A stretch of 64,000 nt of DNA from Thermomicrobiales bacterium (GTDB lineage: Bacteria > Chloroflexota > Chloroflexia > Thermomicrobiales > UBA6265). This document shows positions 47,973-57,285 of the stretch, one piece after another (the stretch's first letter is position 1; each line of letters begins with the position of its first letter). The translations under genes and the position numbers were made by a program. The notes under the pieces are model-generated. The model did not search any database, had not been told where the DNA came from, and saw only the letters and a list, made by a program, of their open reading frames with translations. The stretch lies in contig JAGQGU010000013.1 of NCBI GenBank assembly GCA_020432165.1, positions 10,613-74,612 of the forward strand. Direction: 5' to 3'.

Positions 47973-49570
47973 GCAATCTGCTCATTCATGGTGGTCCGAT
48001 TCTGACAATGAATCCTGCGCAGCCGGATGCGGAAGCTATCGGTATTGTTCAGGGCAAGATCGTGGCAGTTGGAGCGCTGGCCGATGTCAAAGCCGAACTC
48101 GGCACTCGCTACGAGACAATTGATCTCCAGGGTCGGATGGCGACGCCCGGCCTCTACGATGCCCACGCACACATTTTCGGTACGGGTGTGGCTGCGGGCG
48201 AAATCGAGGTCAATGCAGACCGCGTTAGCTCCATTGCCGAGATTGCGGCGTTGGTGAAAGAACGCGCGGCAAATACTCCTACTGGTGCCTGGATTGTGGC
48301 TCAGGGCTACGATCAGGAGAATCTGGCGGAGAAGCGCCATCCGAATCGGCACGATCTGGATGCAGTGGCCCCGGATCATCCGGTGATCGTGATGCGCACA
48401 TGCCATCACATCATGGCGGTGAACAGTCTGGCGCTGAAGCTTGCCGGAATCGACGCCAATACACCCGATCCGGATGACGGCACCATCGATCGCGATGAGC
48501 ACGGTGAACCAACCGGTGTTCTCCGCGAGAAGGTGATGAACTGGGTGCGTGATGCCCAGCCGAAGATGACCGACGACGAGGTCCTGGACGCAATCATCAC
48601 CGGTGGCAATATCTGGCGTAGTTACGGCGTGACATCGGTGGCCGATGCCGGACCAGGTGTGCCCTTCGGACAGGCGTTTGCTGCTTTCCAGCGCGCGCAT
48701 GATGGCGGCACACTCCCTGTGCGCGTCTACGCCATGATGCTGATCAACGATACGCTCGATGAGCTGATTGAATTGGGGATGTCTACCGGATTCGGTGATG
48801 CCTGGTTACGGATGGGCAACGCCAAGCTCTATACCGATGGCTCCATTGGTGGCCGTACGGCGCGGATGGGGTATCCCTATCAGGACGAAGAAAGCAATAT
48901 CGGACTCTGGATGGAAGAGCCAGAGGTGATGAAGGCCAAGATGATCCGCGCCCATCGAGCGGGATTCCAGCAGGGCCATCACGCGATCGGTGACGCCGCG
49001 ATCTGGTTGTTACTGGATGCCTATGAGGAGATGCAGCGCGATTATCCAGTCAAGGATTTCCGCCCGCGTATCGAGCATAGTTCGATTCTGACTGAGGAAA
49101 TGCTTGATCGCATTCAGAAGATCGGCGCCGTGCCGATTCCAGGCACGACCTTCCTCTACGATATGCGTCCGGTCTACCTGGCCAATCTCGGGGCCGAGCG
49201 GGTGCGCTATGCCTACGCCATGAACACCTTCCGCCAGCGCGGTATTGTGGCAGCGGCGAGTACAGATTCCCCGGTATCGCTGGTGAATCCGATGATCGGT
49301 ATCCAGATGATGATGACACGGCGCGATCGCAACGGCGATGAGATCTTCCCGGAAGAATGCATCTCTTTGGAGGATGCGATTCGGGCATATACCTGGAACG
49401 GTGCTTACGCCAGCCACAGCGAGCACGAGAAAGGCTCGCTGGAAGTGGGTAAACTGGGTGATGTGACAGTCTTTGAAACGGATCTGCGTAGTGTCGATCC
49501 GCTCTCGCTCAAGGATGTGCGCGCTGACCATACGATTGCCGATGGCAAGGTGGTCTACAGCCGCACCTAA
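47966..49570 (+). CDS. Amidohydrolase-3 (YtcJ-like) metal-dependent hydrolase
   Basis: GLYDAHAHIFG...KLYTDGSIGGRTA...HAIGDAA...RIEHSS...STDSPV. It overlaps the upstream gene by 7 nt. Confidence 0.8.
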   Translation: MVGNLLIHGGPILTMNPAQPDAEAIGIVQGKIVAVGALADVKAELGTRYETIDLQGRMATPGLYDAHAHIFGTGVAAGEIEVNADRVSSIAEIAALVKERAANTPTGAWIVAQGYDQENLAEKRHPNRHDLDAVAPDHPVIVMRTCHHIMAVNSLALKLAGIDANTPDPDDGTIDRDEHGEPTGVLREKVMNWVRDAQPKMTDDEVLDAIITGGNIWRSYGVTSVADAGPGVPFGQAFAAFQRAHDGGTLPVRVYAMMLINDTLDELIELGMSTGFGDAWLRMGNAKLYTDGSIGGRTARMGYPYQDEESNIGLWMEEPEVMKAKMIRAHRAGFQQGHHAIGDAAIWLLLDAYEEMQRDYPVKDFRPRIEHSSILTEEMLDRIQKIGAVPIPGTTFLYDMRPVYLANLGAERVRYAYAMNTFRQRGIVAAASTDSPVSLVNPMIGIQMMMTRRDRNGDEIFPEECISLEDAIRAYTWNGAYASHSEHEKGSLEVGKLGDVTVFETDLRSVDPLSLKDVRADHTIADGKVVYSRT

Positions 49571-49588
49571 CGGCACAGGAGGTATCTC

Positions 49589-50287
49589 ATGACACTCACC
49601 ATCACCTGGCACGGACACGCCACTTTCGCCCTGGAAGCCGATGGCAAGCAGGTGCTGATTGACCCCTGGTTCACTGGCAATCCGGCGTGCAAGTCCACAG
49701 CTGACGAGCAGAATCCGGTAGCGATCCTGATTACGCATGCCCACAACGATCACGTGGGTGATACTCCGGAAATTGCCAAACGCACCGGCGCCAAGGTGGT
49801 CACCATCAACGAACTTGCGAACTATCTCCGCCATCAGGGTGTGGAGAATGTGGCTGGTGGCAACCATGGTGGCACGATCGCCTTCGATGGTGGCACTTCC
49901 AAATTCGTACCCGCCTGGCATTCCAGCGCGATCTCCCTGGACGATGGCACGGTGGTCGCACCAGGTGTGCCTGCTGGCCTGATCGTGCGCTTTGGCGGCA
50001 AAACGGTCTACTTTGCGGGTGATACATGTCTTTTCGGCGATATGGCGCTGATCGGTGAAGAAGGCCTCGATCTTGCCGTGCTTCCGATTGGCGATAACTT
50101 CACCATGGGACCGACGGATGCCGTGCGCGCCGCCAAACTGCTCAACGCCAAAGCCGTTCTTCCCTGCCACTTCAATACGTTTCCGCTGATCGCACAGGAT
50201 GCCGAACAGTTCAAACGGGATATCGAAGCATCCACGTCCTCCAAAGGCATCGTGCTACAGCCGGGCGAATCGATCGAGGTCGCATAA
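49589..50287 (+). CDS. UPF0173-type metal-dependent hydrolase (metallo-beta-lactamase fold)
   Basis: ITWHGHATFALE...IDPWFTGNP...ILITHAHNDHVGD...LPIGDNFTMG. Confidence 0.8.
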   Translation: MTLTITWHGHATFALEADGKQVLIDPWFTGNPACKSTADEQNPVAILITHAHNDHVGDTPEIAKRTGAKVVTINELANYLRHQGVENVAGGNHGGTIAFDGGTSKFVPAWHSSAISLDDGTVVAPGVPAGLIVRFGGKTVYFAGDTCLFGDMALIGEEGLDLAVLPIGDNFTMGPTDAVRAAKLLNAKAVLPCHFNTFPLIAQDAEQFKRDIEASTSSKGIVLQPGESIEVA

Positions 50288-50300
50288 CGTGACAGACACG

Positions 50301-50645
50301 ATGGACGCGATCCGCGAGGAGATGCGTCGCACCGCCTACCAAAAGAAGGCCGTCTCGAAACTCTCCGGAAAGGAGACGTTGGACTATGCCATCGCGTTCT
50401 TCAAGGAACACGGCTATCGTGCTGGCCTGACCGGTCGACCAGGCCAGATGTTCGTCATGGGTGGCAAAGAAGGACTTCTGCCCCGCGTGACCGGTGAGAT
50501 TAAGGTGCAGAGCAATGTCGGCAAGGGGCACGTCACCATGGTGACGATGGACTCAACCGGCGAGCAGTTGCACGAGGTGATGGCGGCATTCCACAAATCG
50601 TTGCGAACCCTGGGCAAGGAATCCAAATCCACTAATCAAACGTAA
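50301..50645 (+). CDS. Hypothetical protein
   Basis: Open frame MDAIREEMRRTAYQKK... with no recognisable motif. GTG 50289 is an alternative start. Confidence 0.4.
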   Translation: MDAIREEMRRTAYQKKAVSKLSGKETLDYAIAFFKEHGYRAGLTGRPGQMFVMGGKEGLLPRVTGEIKVQSNVGKGHVTMVTMDSTGEQLHEVMAAFHKSLRTLGKESKSTNQT

Positions 50646-50680
50646 GTATAAGTGAGGATATCCGCTCTGGAGACAAATAC

Positions 50681-51619
50681 GTGAACGAAACGCAACACAC
50701 AATGGAACATCTCGCACCGCACGCTGCACCGCAGGTATTACCAGCGACCGCCGAACTCGGAGCGGTGCATTTAGACGTCACCGGTGCCCAAAATAGTCGC
50801 CTTTTCTGGACGCACTATGTCGGGCTCACCCTCCTCTCTGAAACTGAGGAGCGAATAGAACTCGGCGTTGGCAAACAAACCTTGATCGTGCTGCATCCGG
50901 GTGCAAGTGGGCCGGTGGTACCAAAGCACACCGGGCTCTATCACGTCGCGCTGCACGTACCGACCAGGAAGGATCTGGCTCGAGTTGTGGCTCGACTCTT
51001 CGCAGTAGGCTGGCAAAATTCTCCAACAGATCACACCGAAACGATGGCGACCTATCTCTCAGATCCGGATGGAAACGGTATCGAGATCACCTTCGAGACA
51101 CCTGAGCGTGGGCATCTGGTGCGCGATACCAGTCGCTTCGCCGCCATGCTCGCCGATGGCACGCTACGGGGTGCAACTGAGGCTCTGGATGTTGAGGATC
51201 TCCTTTCAGCGCTGACAGAAGACGACGATCTCACTTTGCCGATGTCTGAGGGGACGCGTATCGGACACGTGCATCTGCACGTGCGGGATATCGATGAAGC
51301 GCGCCGATTCTACCGCGAGGTCATTGGATTCGGAGATATGCGCGCGTTTGATCGGTATGGCATGAGCGACTTTTCGCTGGACACCAGCTTCGTGCCTCAT
51401 GCCCTGGCGGTGAATGTCTGGAATGGCAGGCAAGCAGAACCACGCCCGGAAGGAACCGCCGGACTACGCAGTTGGAGCGTGATGCTACCGGATGTGGCAT
51501 CTTTGGATGCCCTGCAGCAGCGACTTGCCAATGCCGACTACACGTTCGAGCGCGATGGTAACGTGCTGCATACTCGTGATCCATTCGGCAATCCGCTGAT
51601 TGCATACGTAGAGGACTAA
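50681..51619 (+). CDS. Two-domain VOC (glyoxalase / extradiol dioxygenase) family protein
   Basis: LGAVHLDV...GLYHVALHV...YLSDPDGNGIEI in the first half, and IGHVHLHVRDIDEARRFY...DPFGNPL in the second. Confidence 0.7.
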   Translation: MNETQHTMEHLAPHAAPQVLPATAELGAVHLDVTGAQNSRLFWTHYVGLTLLSETEERIELGVGKQTLIVLHPGASGPVVPKHTGLYHVALHVPTRKDLARVVARLFAVGWQNSPTDHTETMATYLSDPDGNGIEITFETPERGHLVRDTSRFAAMLADGTLRGATEALDVEDLLSALTEDDDLTLPMSEGTRIGHVHLHVRDIDEARRFYREVIGFGDMRAFDRYGMSDFSLDTSFVPHALAVNVWNGRQAEPRPEGTAGLRSWSVMLPDVASLDALQQRLANADYTFERDGNVLHTRDPFGNPLIAYVED

Positions 51620-51622
51620 ACC

Positions 51623-52444
51623 ATGTCGGTAATCGCCTTCATCCAGAACCCAAATGCGTTGGCCTCGGTGGCAGAGTATGCTGCCTGGGCAGCCAGGCAG
51701 ATGGATGAGGCGATTCGCTTTGTCGCGCTCTCGCCGAATGCGGAGCAGGAACCGGTGCTCGATACCGATGCGTATCAGATCATGGATACGCAGGAGGATA
51801 TGTTTCGCGAACTCGTCTCCAGCGAGCGTCGACAGGTGACCCGAGAAGAACCTTGGGGAGTCGAGCAGGTCCAGACAGCAGCGCGTTTTGCGCGGGAGCT
51901 GGGTGTTGAGCGTGTCAGCACAGATATCTCCGATGAGAGCTTCGCAAGCTATGTAGAGCATCACACCGATAGCACCGATCTGCTGGTTATCGGTGGTCGG
52001 GGATCGAGGCGCGATCTCACTGCCGCCATGCAAGTCCGTAAGCGCGTTTTCCTGGTCGTCCCGGGGAGATTCGCCTCCATCGATTCATGGATGATGGCCT
52101 ATAGCAACGATGCGGGCAGTGGCAGAGCTGTCGAGTTTTTGACCAGTCATACGCTCTTGCGAGACAAGGCTGGGATCGCGGCCATTGGTGGTGGCGACGA
52201 ACCGGCTCGTATGCATTTCCGCGATGCGATGGAGCATTTGACCAGTGCCGGGCATACGATCAGGCAATACGAACTGCAGGGCAATGCCGATGATGTGCTG
52301 GCAGCGGTGCTAACCGTACTACCCATTGATCTGTTGGTTGTTGGTGTCAGCTCTGCAGAGCGATTCCGGACACTATGGGATCGATCGAAGGCATTGCGGC
52401 TGGCATCGGCATACCACGGACCGATTCTGCTCGCGCGGAGCTAG
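51623..52444 (+). CDS. Hypothetical protein, possibly a tandem universal-stress-protein-like fold
   Basis: There are two halves. Only the second (DLLVVGVSS...ASAYHGPILLAR) shows a USP-like DLLV.G...PILL pattern; the first has only TDLLVIGGRGSR. No clear ATP motif is present. Confidence 0.35.
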   Translation: MSVIAFIQNPNALASVAEYAAWAARQMDEAIRFVALSPNAEQEPVLDTDAYQIMDTQEDMFRELVSSERRQVTREEPWGVEQVQTAARFARELGVERVSTDISDESFASYVEHHTDSTDLLVIGGRGSRRDLTAAMQVRKRVFLVVPGRFASIDSWMMAYSNDAGSGRAVEFLTSHTLLRDKAGIAAIGGGDEPARMHFRDAMEHLTSAGHTIRQYELQGNADDVLAAVLTVLPIDLLVVGVSSAERFRTLWDRSKALRLASAYHGPILLARS

Positions 52445-52540
52445 GCTATACTGCGTATGGCCTCGGCGGGGACGCTACCGATGAAAAGAGTTCTCCTTTC
52501 TCTCAACCCTTATAAAGATTGCTCTAAAGTGCGATGTCCT

Positions 52541-52616
52541 TGGTACCCCAGGTAGGAATCGAACCTACGGCCTACCGCTTAGAAGGCGGTTGCTCTATCC
52601 GCTGAGCTACTGGGGC
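52541..52616 (-). tRNA. tRNA-Arg (anticodon UCU) with encoded CCA
   Basis: The reverse complement is GCCCCAG-TA-GCTC-AGCGGATA-GAGC-A-ACCGC-CTTCTAA-GCGGT-AGGCC-GTAGG-TTCGATT-CCTAC-CTGGGGT-A-CCA. It folds as a canonical cloverleaf with TCT at positions 34-36. Confidence 0.9.
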
Positions 52617-53000
52617 GAGAATCTATCGCCCGCAGGGGACGACGTGATCGGAACCACCCTCTCTGCTGGTAGTAGTGACCCTTGCACCACCTCGTTCGAC
52701 CACACGCAGTATATCCTAGAGCATTCCTCACGGGTACTGAGCAAGTGGCCCACCTACTCCATCAGCAGCGCTCCGTGACCACTCAATGGCGGATGATCAA
52801 CACCTGCCGCGCGTGCATGCCGCTATGAGCATAGACCCACCGAAAGCCTTGATCAAAGGAAACGATCAGGAGCGCTTATCAGCCCCCAGCAGCCGTCACC
52901 TTGCGGGAGGCGGAGGCTTTCCATCCCGCCATCCACAGCCAGACAAACACCTGTAATCGATGTCGCGGTGGGCTGTTAATCAAGCAAAGATGGTGAATCG

Positions 53001-55727
53001 CTATCCTGGTCCGGGCTGGGCAATCCCCTGGGCGATTGCGTTCGCCAGCGCGCCCGTGCGCGTGGTAGCGCCCAGCTTCTGTATCAGCCGTGCTACGTGC
53101 CCCTCAACGGTACGGACACTGATGAACAGTTCATCAGCTATTTCACGATCCCGTCGCCCCAGCATCAGCAAGTCGAGTACCTCGCGTTCACGTGGAGAGA
53201 GTGCAGTCGGCATGGCTATGCCATCTTGATCTGATGCCTGACCCTCGCTGGCTGCAACTGCATCGAGCGGTGGCATGGCATATCCACGGATGTAGAACGT
53301 GCCAAACGCGTCCTTCCCCAAAGCACGAGAAAGTGTCTGAGTGTAGAGCTCTCTTTGCGAGGCGGTGCCAAGCATGAGTGGCACACCAAGTGTCGCCGAC
53401 ATGCCTTCGGAGGCACCGAGGAGCAGCGCTGCCTGCTCCAGGTCATTGCGCTCGAAGGAGACGGCCGACGCGACGCCGAGCCATTCGGCAAGCACATCCT
53501 GGCTCAGTCCCCGGCTCCGTTCCCACCGCGCCAGACTCTCACGCTTCGCCCAATCGGCTTGATCCACGTCTCCCACCCGTAAACTGGCCAATACATAGGC
53601 GTTAAGAATCACGCTCTCATTGAACATCACGTCTGGCTTTTGATGCGCCTCGAGTGCCCGGTCCAACACTGCCTTCGATTCTGACGGGCGGTCTGTGTGG
53701 AGGTAGAGCACGCCCAGGAAATAGAGCGCACCGCACACCCCCGTATCGTCACGGAGTTCGGTGTATCGTTCCAGGGCGTCGAGCAGAAGTACCTGCGAAT
53801 CTTCGTATCGTCCAAGATCAGTGGCCGTTCCTCCGAGGCCATAGATTACATGCGCTTCGGCGAGCCGGTCTCCCGCCTGACGCGCGAGTGTGAGCGCGGC
53901 AGAATAGTGCTCCCAGGCAATAGCGAACTGCCCCTGGCGCCGCCGCTTGCGTCCAATCGTCATATGGGCTCTGAGTGCCACAGCAATCGGGACACTGTTG
54001 TCGATCGCCAGGCCGCGTTCCAGCCACGACACTGCCTCGTCATGGCTGCCACGGTGTTCCCAATACGAGTGCATGGCCACCGCGAGCAGCAGCATGCGGT
54101 GACTGTCTCTGACGGATTCGAGCCACCCCAGCGCGGTACGAACGTTGTCTTGCTCTGCTTCCACTGCCAGGAATCGCCAAAGGTTTTCGGACGTTACCTC
54201 CGGGGTATACCCCCATCCGTCGAAAGATCGTCGGACGAAACCGATAGTCCAATTTGCATGACGCTCATGGGCAATCTGGTCGTCGCCGATCGCTACCGCT
54301 CGCTCCTTACCGTATGCCCGAATGGTCTCCGGCATCTCAAATCGATACAGCTGGTCGTCTCGATCTACCCGACGCACAAGGCTCTTGTCGATCAGGGATG
54401 CAATGATATCGAGGAACAGATCCAGACGGCTGTCTGCGCTGGCGGTATCCGGCTCATCGTCCACCGAGCCGCCGAACGCGACGAACGCCGCGGCATCTTC
54501 GGTGAATCCTCCGGTAAAAACAGCCAGTCGGCGCGCAACATCCTGTTCCTGAGGACTCAGCAGGTCGTAGCTCCAGGCGATGGCGTTGCGCATGGTGCGG
54601 TGGCGGAGAGGTGCATCACGTGGACCGGTCGTCAAGACGTTGAGCTGATGGTCAAGCCGATCTCTCAATACCGTAAGCGGCATGGAAGGGACGCGTGCGG
54701 CCGCAAGCTCAAGAGCCAGAGGCAACCCGTCAACCAGGCGGCAGATATCCACCACCACCGGGGCCGTACTCTCGCTGAGCTTGAAGTCGGGCAGGATCGC
54801 TTCAGCGCGATCAACGAATAGACGCACAGCCGGCGATTGCGCGGCCAATGCCAGTGTCGTCGCTTGTCCGGATTCAGGGAGTTCCAGGCGAGGTACCGGC
54901 AGGGCATGTTCGGCTGCCAGCCGGAGCCGCGTGCGACTGGTGATCAGCATCGAGATGTCTGGGCAGGTCTCCAGAAGGCGGGCTAACTCCGGCCCGGCTT
55001 CGACCACCTGCTCGAAATTGTCGAGGACCAGTAATCCACGCCGATCCGACCAGAACGCCTGTATGGCATCGTGCGAGGACTGACCGTCGATGACCTCGAC
55101 CCCCAGACTGGTAGCAATGGCATTGGAGACCAACCTTGGGTCGGTTACGCCTGCAAGCGGAACGAACCAGACGCCATCATCGAACTCGTCGCTCATGGCG
55201 TCTGCAATGCTAATGGCAAGGCGTGTCTTGCCAACCCCACCAGGGCCTGTCAACGTCACCAGCCGCACACCCGCTCGTCGCAGCAACGCCACTCCGGTGG
55301 CAACCTCATTTTCGCGGCTGATGAGCGAGGTGGATGGGCGCGGCAGATGGCGCTTGCTCGCCTTCGTCTTCCCGCCTGGAGTCTGACTTCCTTCCGCGGG
55401 GGTTGTCTCAACGCCCAATCGTTCTTCAGGAGTGTGAGAAGGCATTCTCCCAGCCCGCTGCTCGTACCAGATTTCGAGTTGTGACTGTGCTATGGCGAAA
55501 ACGCCATGTTGCTTTTCAGCGATGAGTGCACCACTTGAGATGGCACGACGAATAGTTCGCTCGTTCACCCCTACGTGTGCAGCCGCTTCCTGCGCGGTCA
55601 TGGTGATGGGCAAGGTCTCCTGCCCGGTGTCCGGTGTCCACTGAGGGCCGGAAGACGTCATGCCATGACCTCGATCATCTGTTTGCAACCTAAGGTGCTC
55701 ATACCCGATTACTACAACCTCTCTCAT
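53001..55727 (-). CDS. STAND-type regulator: N-terminal excisionase/MerR-like HTH, P-loop NTPase, TPR-like repeats and a C-terminal LuxR HTH
   Basis: MTAQEAAAHVGVNERTIRRAISSG (HTH), LTGPGGVGKTRLAISIA (Walker A), LLVLDNFE (Walker B), a long helical repeat region, and LSPREREVLDLLMLGRRDREIADELFISVRTVEGHV (LuxR). The true start may be downstream of 55727. Confidence 0.8.
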   Translation of the reverse strand: MREVVVIGYEHLRLQTDDRGHGMTSSGPQWTPDTGQETLPITMTAQEAAAHVGVNERTIRRAISSGALIAEKQHGVFAIAQSQLEIWYEQRAGRMPSHTPEERLGVETTPAEGSQTPGGKTKASKRHLPRPSTSLISRENEVATGVALLRRAGVRLVTLTGPGGVGKTRLAISIADAMSDEFDDGVWFVPLAGVTDPRLVSNAIATSLGVEVIDGQSSHDAIQAFWSDRRGLLVLDNFEQVVEAGPELARLLETCPDISMLITSRTRLRLAAEHALPVPRLELPESGQATTLALAAQSPAVRLFVDRAEAILPDFKLSESTAPVVVDICRLVDGLPLALELAAARVPSMPLTVLRDRLDHQLNVLTTGPRDAPLRHRTMRNAIAWSYDLLSPQEQDVARRLAVFTGGFTEDAAAFVAFGGSVDDEPDTASADSRLDLFLDIIASLIDKSLVRRVDRDDQLYRFEMPETIRAYGKERAVAIGDDQIAHERHANWTIGFVRRSFDGWGYTPEVTSENLWRFLAVEAEQDNVRTALGWLESVRDSHRMLLLAVAMHSYWEHRGSHDEAVSWLERGLAIDNSVPIAVALRAHMTIGRKRRRQGQFAIAWEHYSAALTLARQAGDRLAEAHVIYGLGGTATDLGRYEDSQVLLLDALERYTELRDDTGVCGALYFLGVLYLHTDRPSESKAVLDRALEAHQKPDVMFNESVILNAYVLASLRVGDVDQADWAKRESLARWERSRGLSQDVLAEWLGVASAVSFERNDLEQAALLLGASEGMSATLGVPLMLGTASQRELYTQTLSRALGKDAFGTFYIRGYAMPPLDAVAASEGQASDQDGIAMPTALSPREREVLDLLMLGRRDREIADELFISVRTVEGHVARLIQKLGATTRTGALANAIAQGIAQPGPG

Positions 55728-55966
55728 TTCGAGCGCGCGACTGGATAAACCTGGGAGCGCGGATGCCGAAGCCAGGGTTGGTCACGTGGCGGACAAACCT
55801 GGCCGAATCTGTATTTTCGATTGTACGGTGTCCGGCGCGTTTTCGGGACACACAACAGGTAGTTTCCCGCTCTGGTTTCCGGGATCGGCCCTCCTATTCT
55901 GATCACAGGTCCCACGCCATTCTGGCACGGATGTATCGAGCGGATGCAGATCAAGGAGATGTGAAC

Positions 55967-56314
55967 ATGTCGGCCTTGCTCATCTGTTTTCGCCACGAGG
56001 ACGTAGTGAGGTGGCATGGCGCGTTTCTCGAGAACAGAGAGATACGGCGAGCCTACGGAGGAATGTCCGAGCGCATGTTCGTAAATGCAGCGCACCCCGA
56101 CGAAGTGTGGGTGCTGATTGATTGGGACGACGCCGCCCGTGCGCATCTCTACGCACGTTCAGACGATCTGATCGACCTGTTCGACCAGGAAGGGGTGACC
56201 ACCGAAACGAGAATCTGGCTCCTCAAGGAGTTGGCTGATAGCCCGGGCGACTACACGATCCCGTGTGCTACTGAAGGAGGTGACCCACCAGACGACATTA
56301 CGGAGGACCGCTGA
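55967..56314 (+). CDS. Small hypothetical protein (possibly a ferredoxin-like alpha+beta fold)
   Basis: AAGGAG lies before ATG 55967. The sequence is MSALLICFRHEDVVRWHGAFLEN...VWVLIDWDDAARAHLY. The ORF-track start at 55763 is unlikely. Confidence 0.4.
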   Translation: MSALLICFRHEDVVRWHGAFLENREIRRAYGGMSERMFVNAAHPDEVWVLIDWDDAARAHLYARSDDLIDLFDQEGVTTETRIWLLKELADSPGDYTIPCATEGGDPPDDITEDR

Positions 56315-56410
56315 TATCCAGCGGTTCAGAGCGGACCGATCCGCTCGTATCTCTACTCCCCGGTTTCTATGCAAACCGAAGTATTACCTGTCACGCAGGA
56401 GGCATTTCGT

Positions 56411-57280
56411 ATGAACACGTTACGTTTCGACGCCGTCTCGCGCTACCTTACCCAGACAATGAATCGACGGCAGGTCATGGCCCAGGGTGGGGCCGTTGCC
56501 GGAGTGGCCGCCATTGCCGGCGTCGGCCTGACCTCAGCCAGCGCCATGGCCGCGCAATCGACGCCTGAGACCGACCAGGCGAGCGCGAACCTCACATCAT
56601 CCACCCTCTTTGTGCAGTCGTTCCTGTCCGGGAATGTGGCACCAGGAGCTGAAGCGCACAACTTCACCGTCAACCTCGAACACGGGCTTGGACAGACGAT
56701 CTACTTCTCCGATCGACCGCAGCGTCTGGTCGGAACCTTGCAGACGGCTGATTTCCTGGCAAAGCTGGGATTCTTGCCGGACAACCCGCCGAATGCCGCG
56801 ATCATCGCTGAGCAGAGTGATGGGTCGACCGTTTTCGCTGTCGTTGAGTTGTTCAACCCAACCTATGACGCAGACGAGGCGAATCTTACCTATGAGGCGA
56901 CGGTCCTCGATGACTGGCAACGAATGGATATGGAGTTCGAGCACGATCCGATGGATCTGCAGGGTGAGGCCGCCACATTCGGAGCGGCACATATCCTGAT
57001 CGACGGCATCCTTGACTGCCCGGACGCCGAGCTCCAATGCCGGAAGGAAGATAAGGTTGTCGGCACGCTGAATGACCACGATGGATATTGCTACAGCTGG
57101 GCGAACATCGCCTGCGTGCCGTGCCAGCCGTGGGGCGTTGAGCCCTCTTACTTCACCGACCTCTGCAACCAGAGCTTCGAAGCCTGCGAAGGCGACTGCG
57201 GTGTCTGGAACTACTGCAGCCGGGATGCGCCGCTGGGTAACACGCTGTGCAAGAACTCGGACGCCCGCAGCAACTTCTAG
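56411..57280 (+). CDS. Tat-exported protein, family member 1: conserved N-domain plus a Cys/Trp-rich C-terminal module
   Basis: AGGAGG lies before ATG 56411. The Tat signal is NRRQVMAQGGAVAGVAAIAGVGLTSASAMAAQ. Shared blocks are LFVQSF.SG, LEHGLGQTIYFSDRP.R.VG, DNPPNAAI, AVVELFNP.YD and LTYE. The Cys module is DC..C...GYCYSWANIACVPCQPW...C..F.AC.GDC. Confidence 0.65.
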   Translation: MNTLRFDAVSRYLTQTMNRRQVMAQGGAVAGVAAIAGVGLTSASAMAAQSTPETDQASANLTSSTLFVQSFLSGNVAPGAEAHNFTVNLEHGLGQTIYFSDRPQRLVGTLQTADFLAKLGFLPDNPPNAAIIAEQSDGSTVFAVVELFNPTYDADEANLTYEATVLDDWQRMDMEFEHDPMDLQGEAATFGAAHILIDGILDCPDAELQCRKEDKVVGTLNDHDGYCYSWANIACVPCQPWGVEPSYFTDLCNQSFEACEGDCGVWNYCSRDAPLGNTLCKNSDARSNF

Positions 57281-57285
57281 AAATC

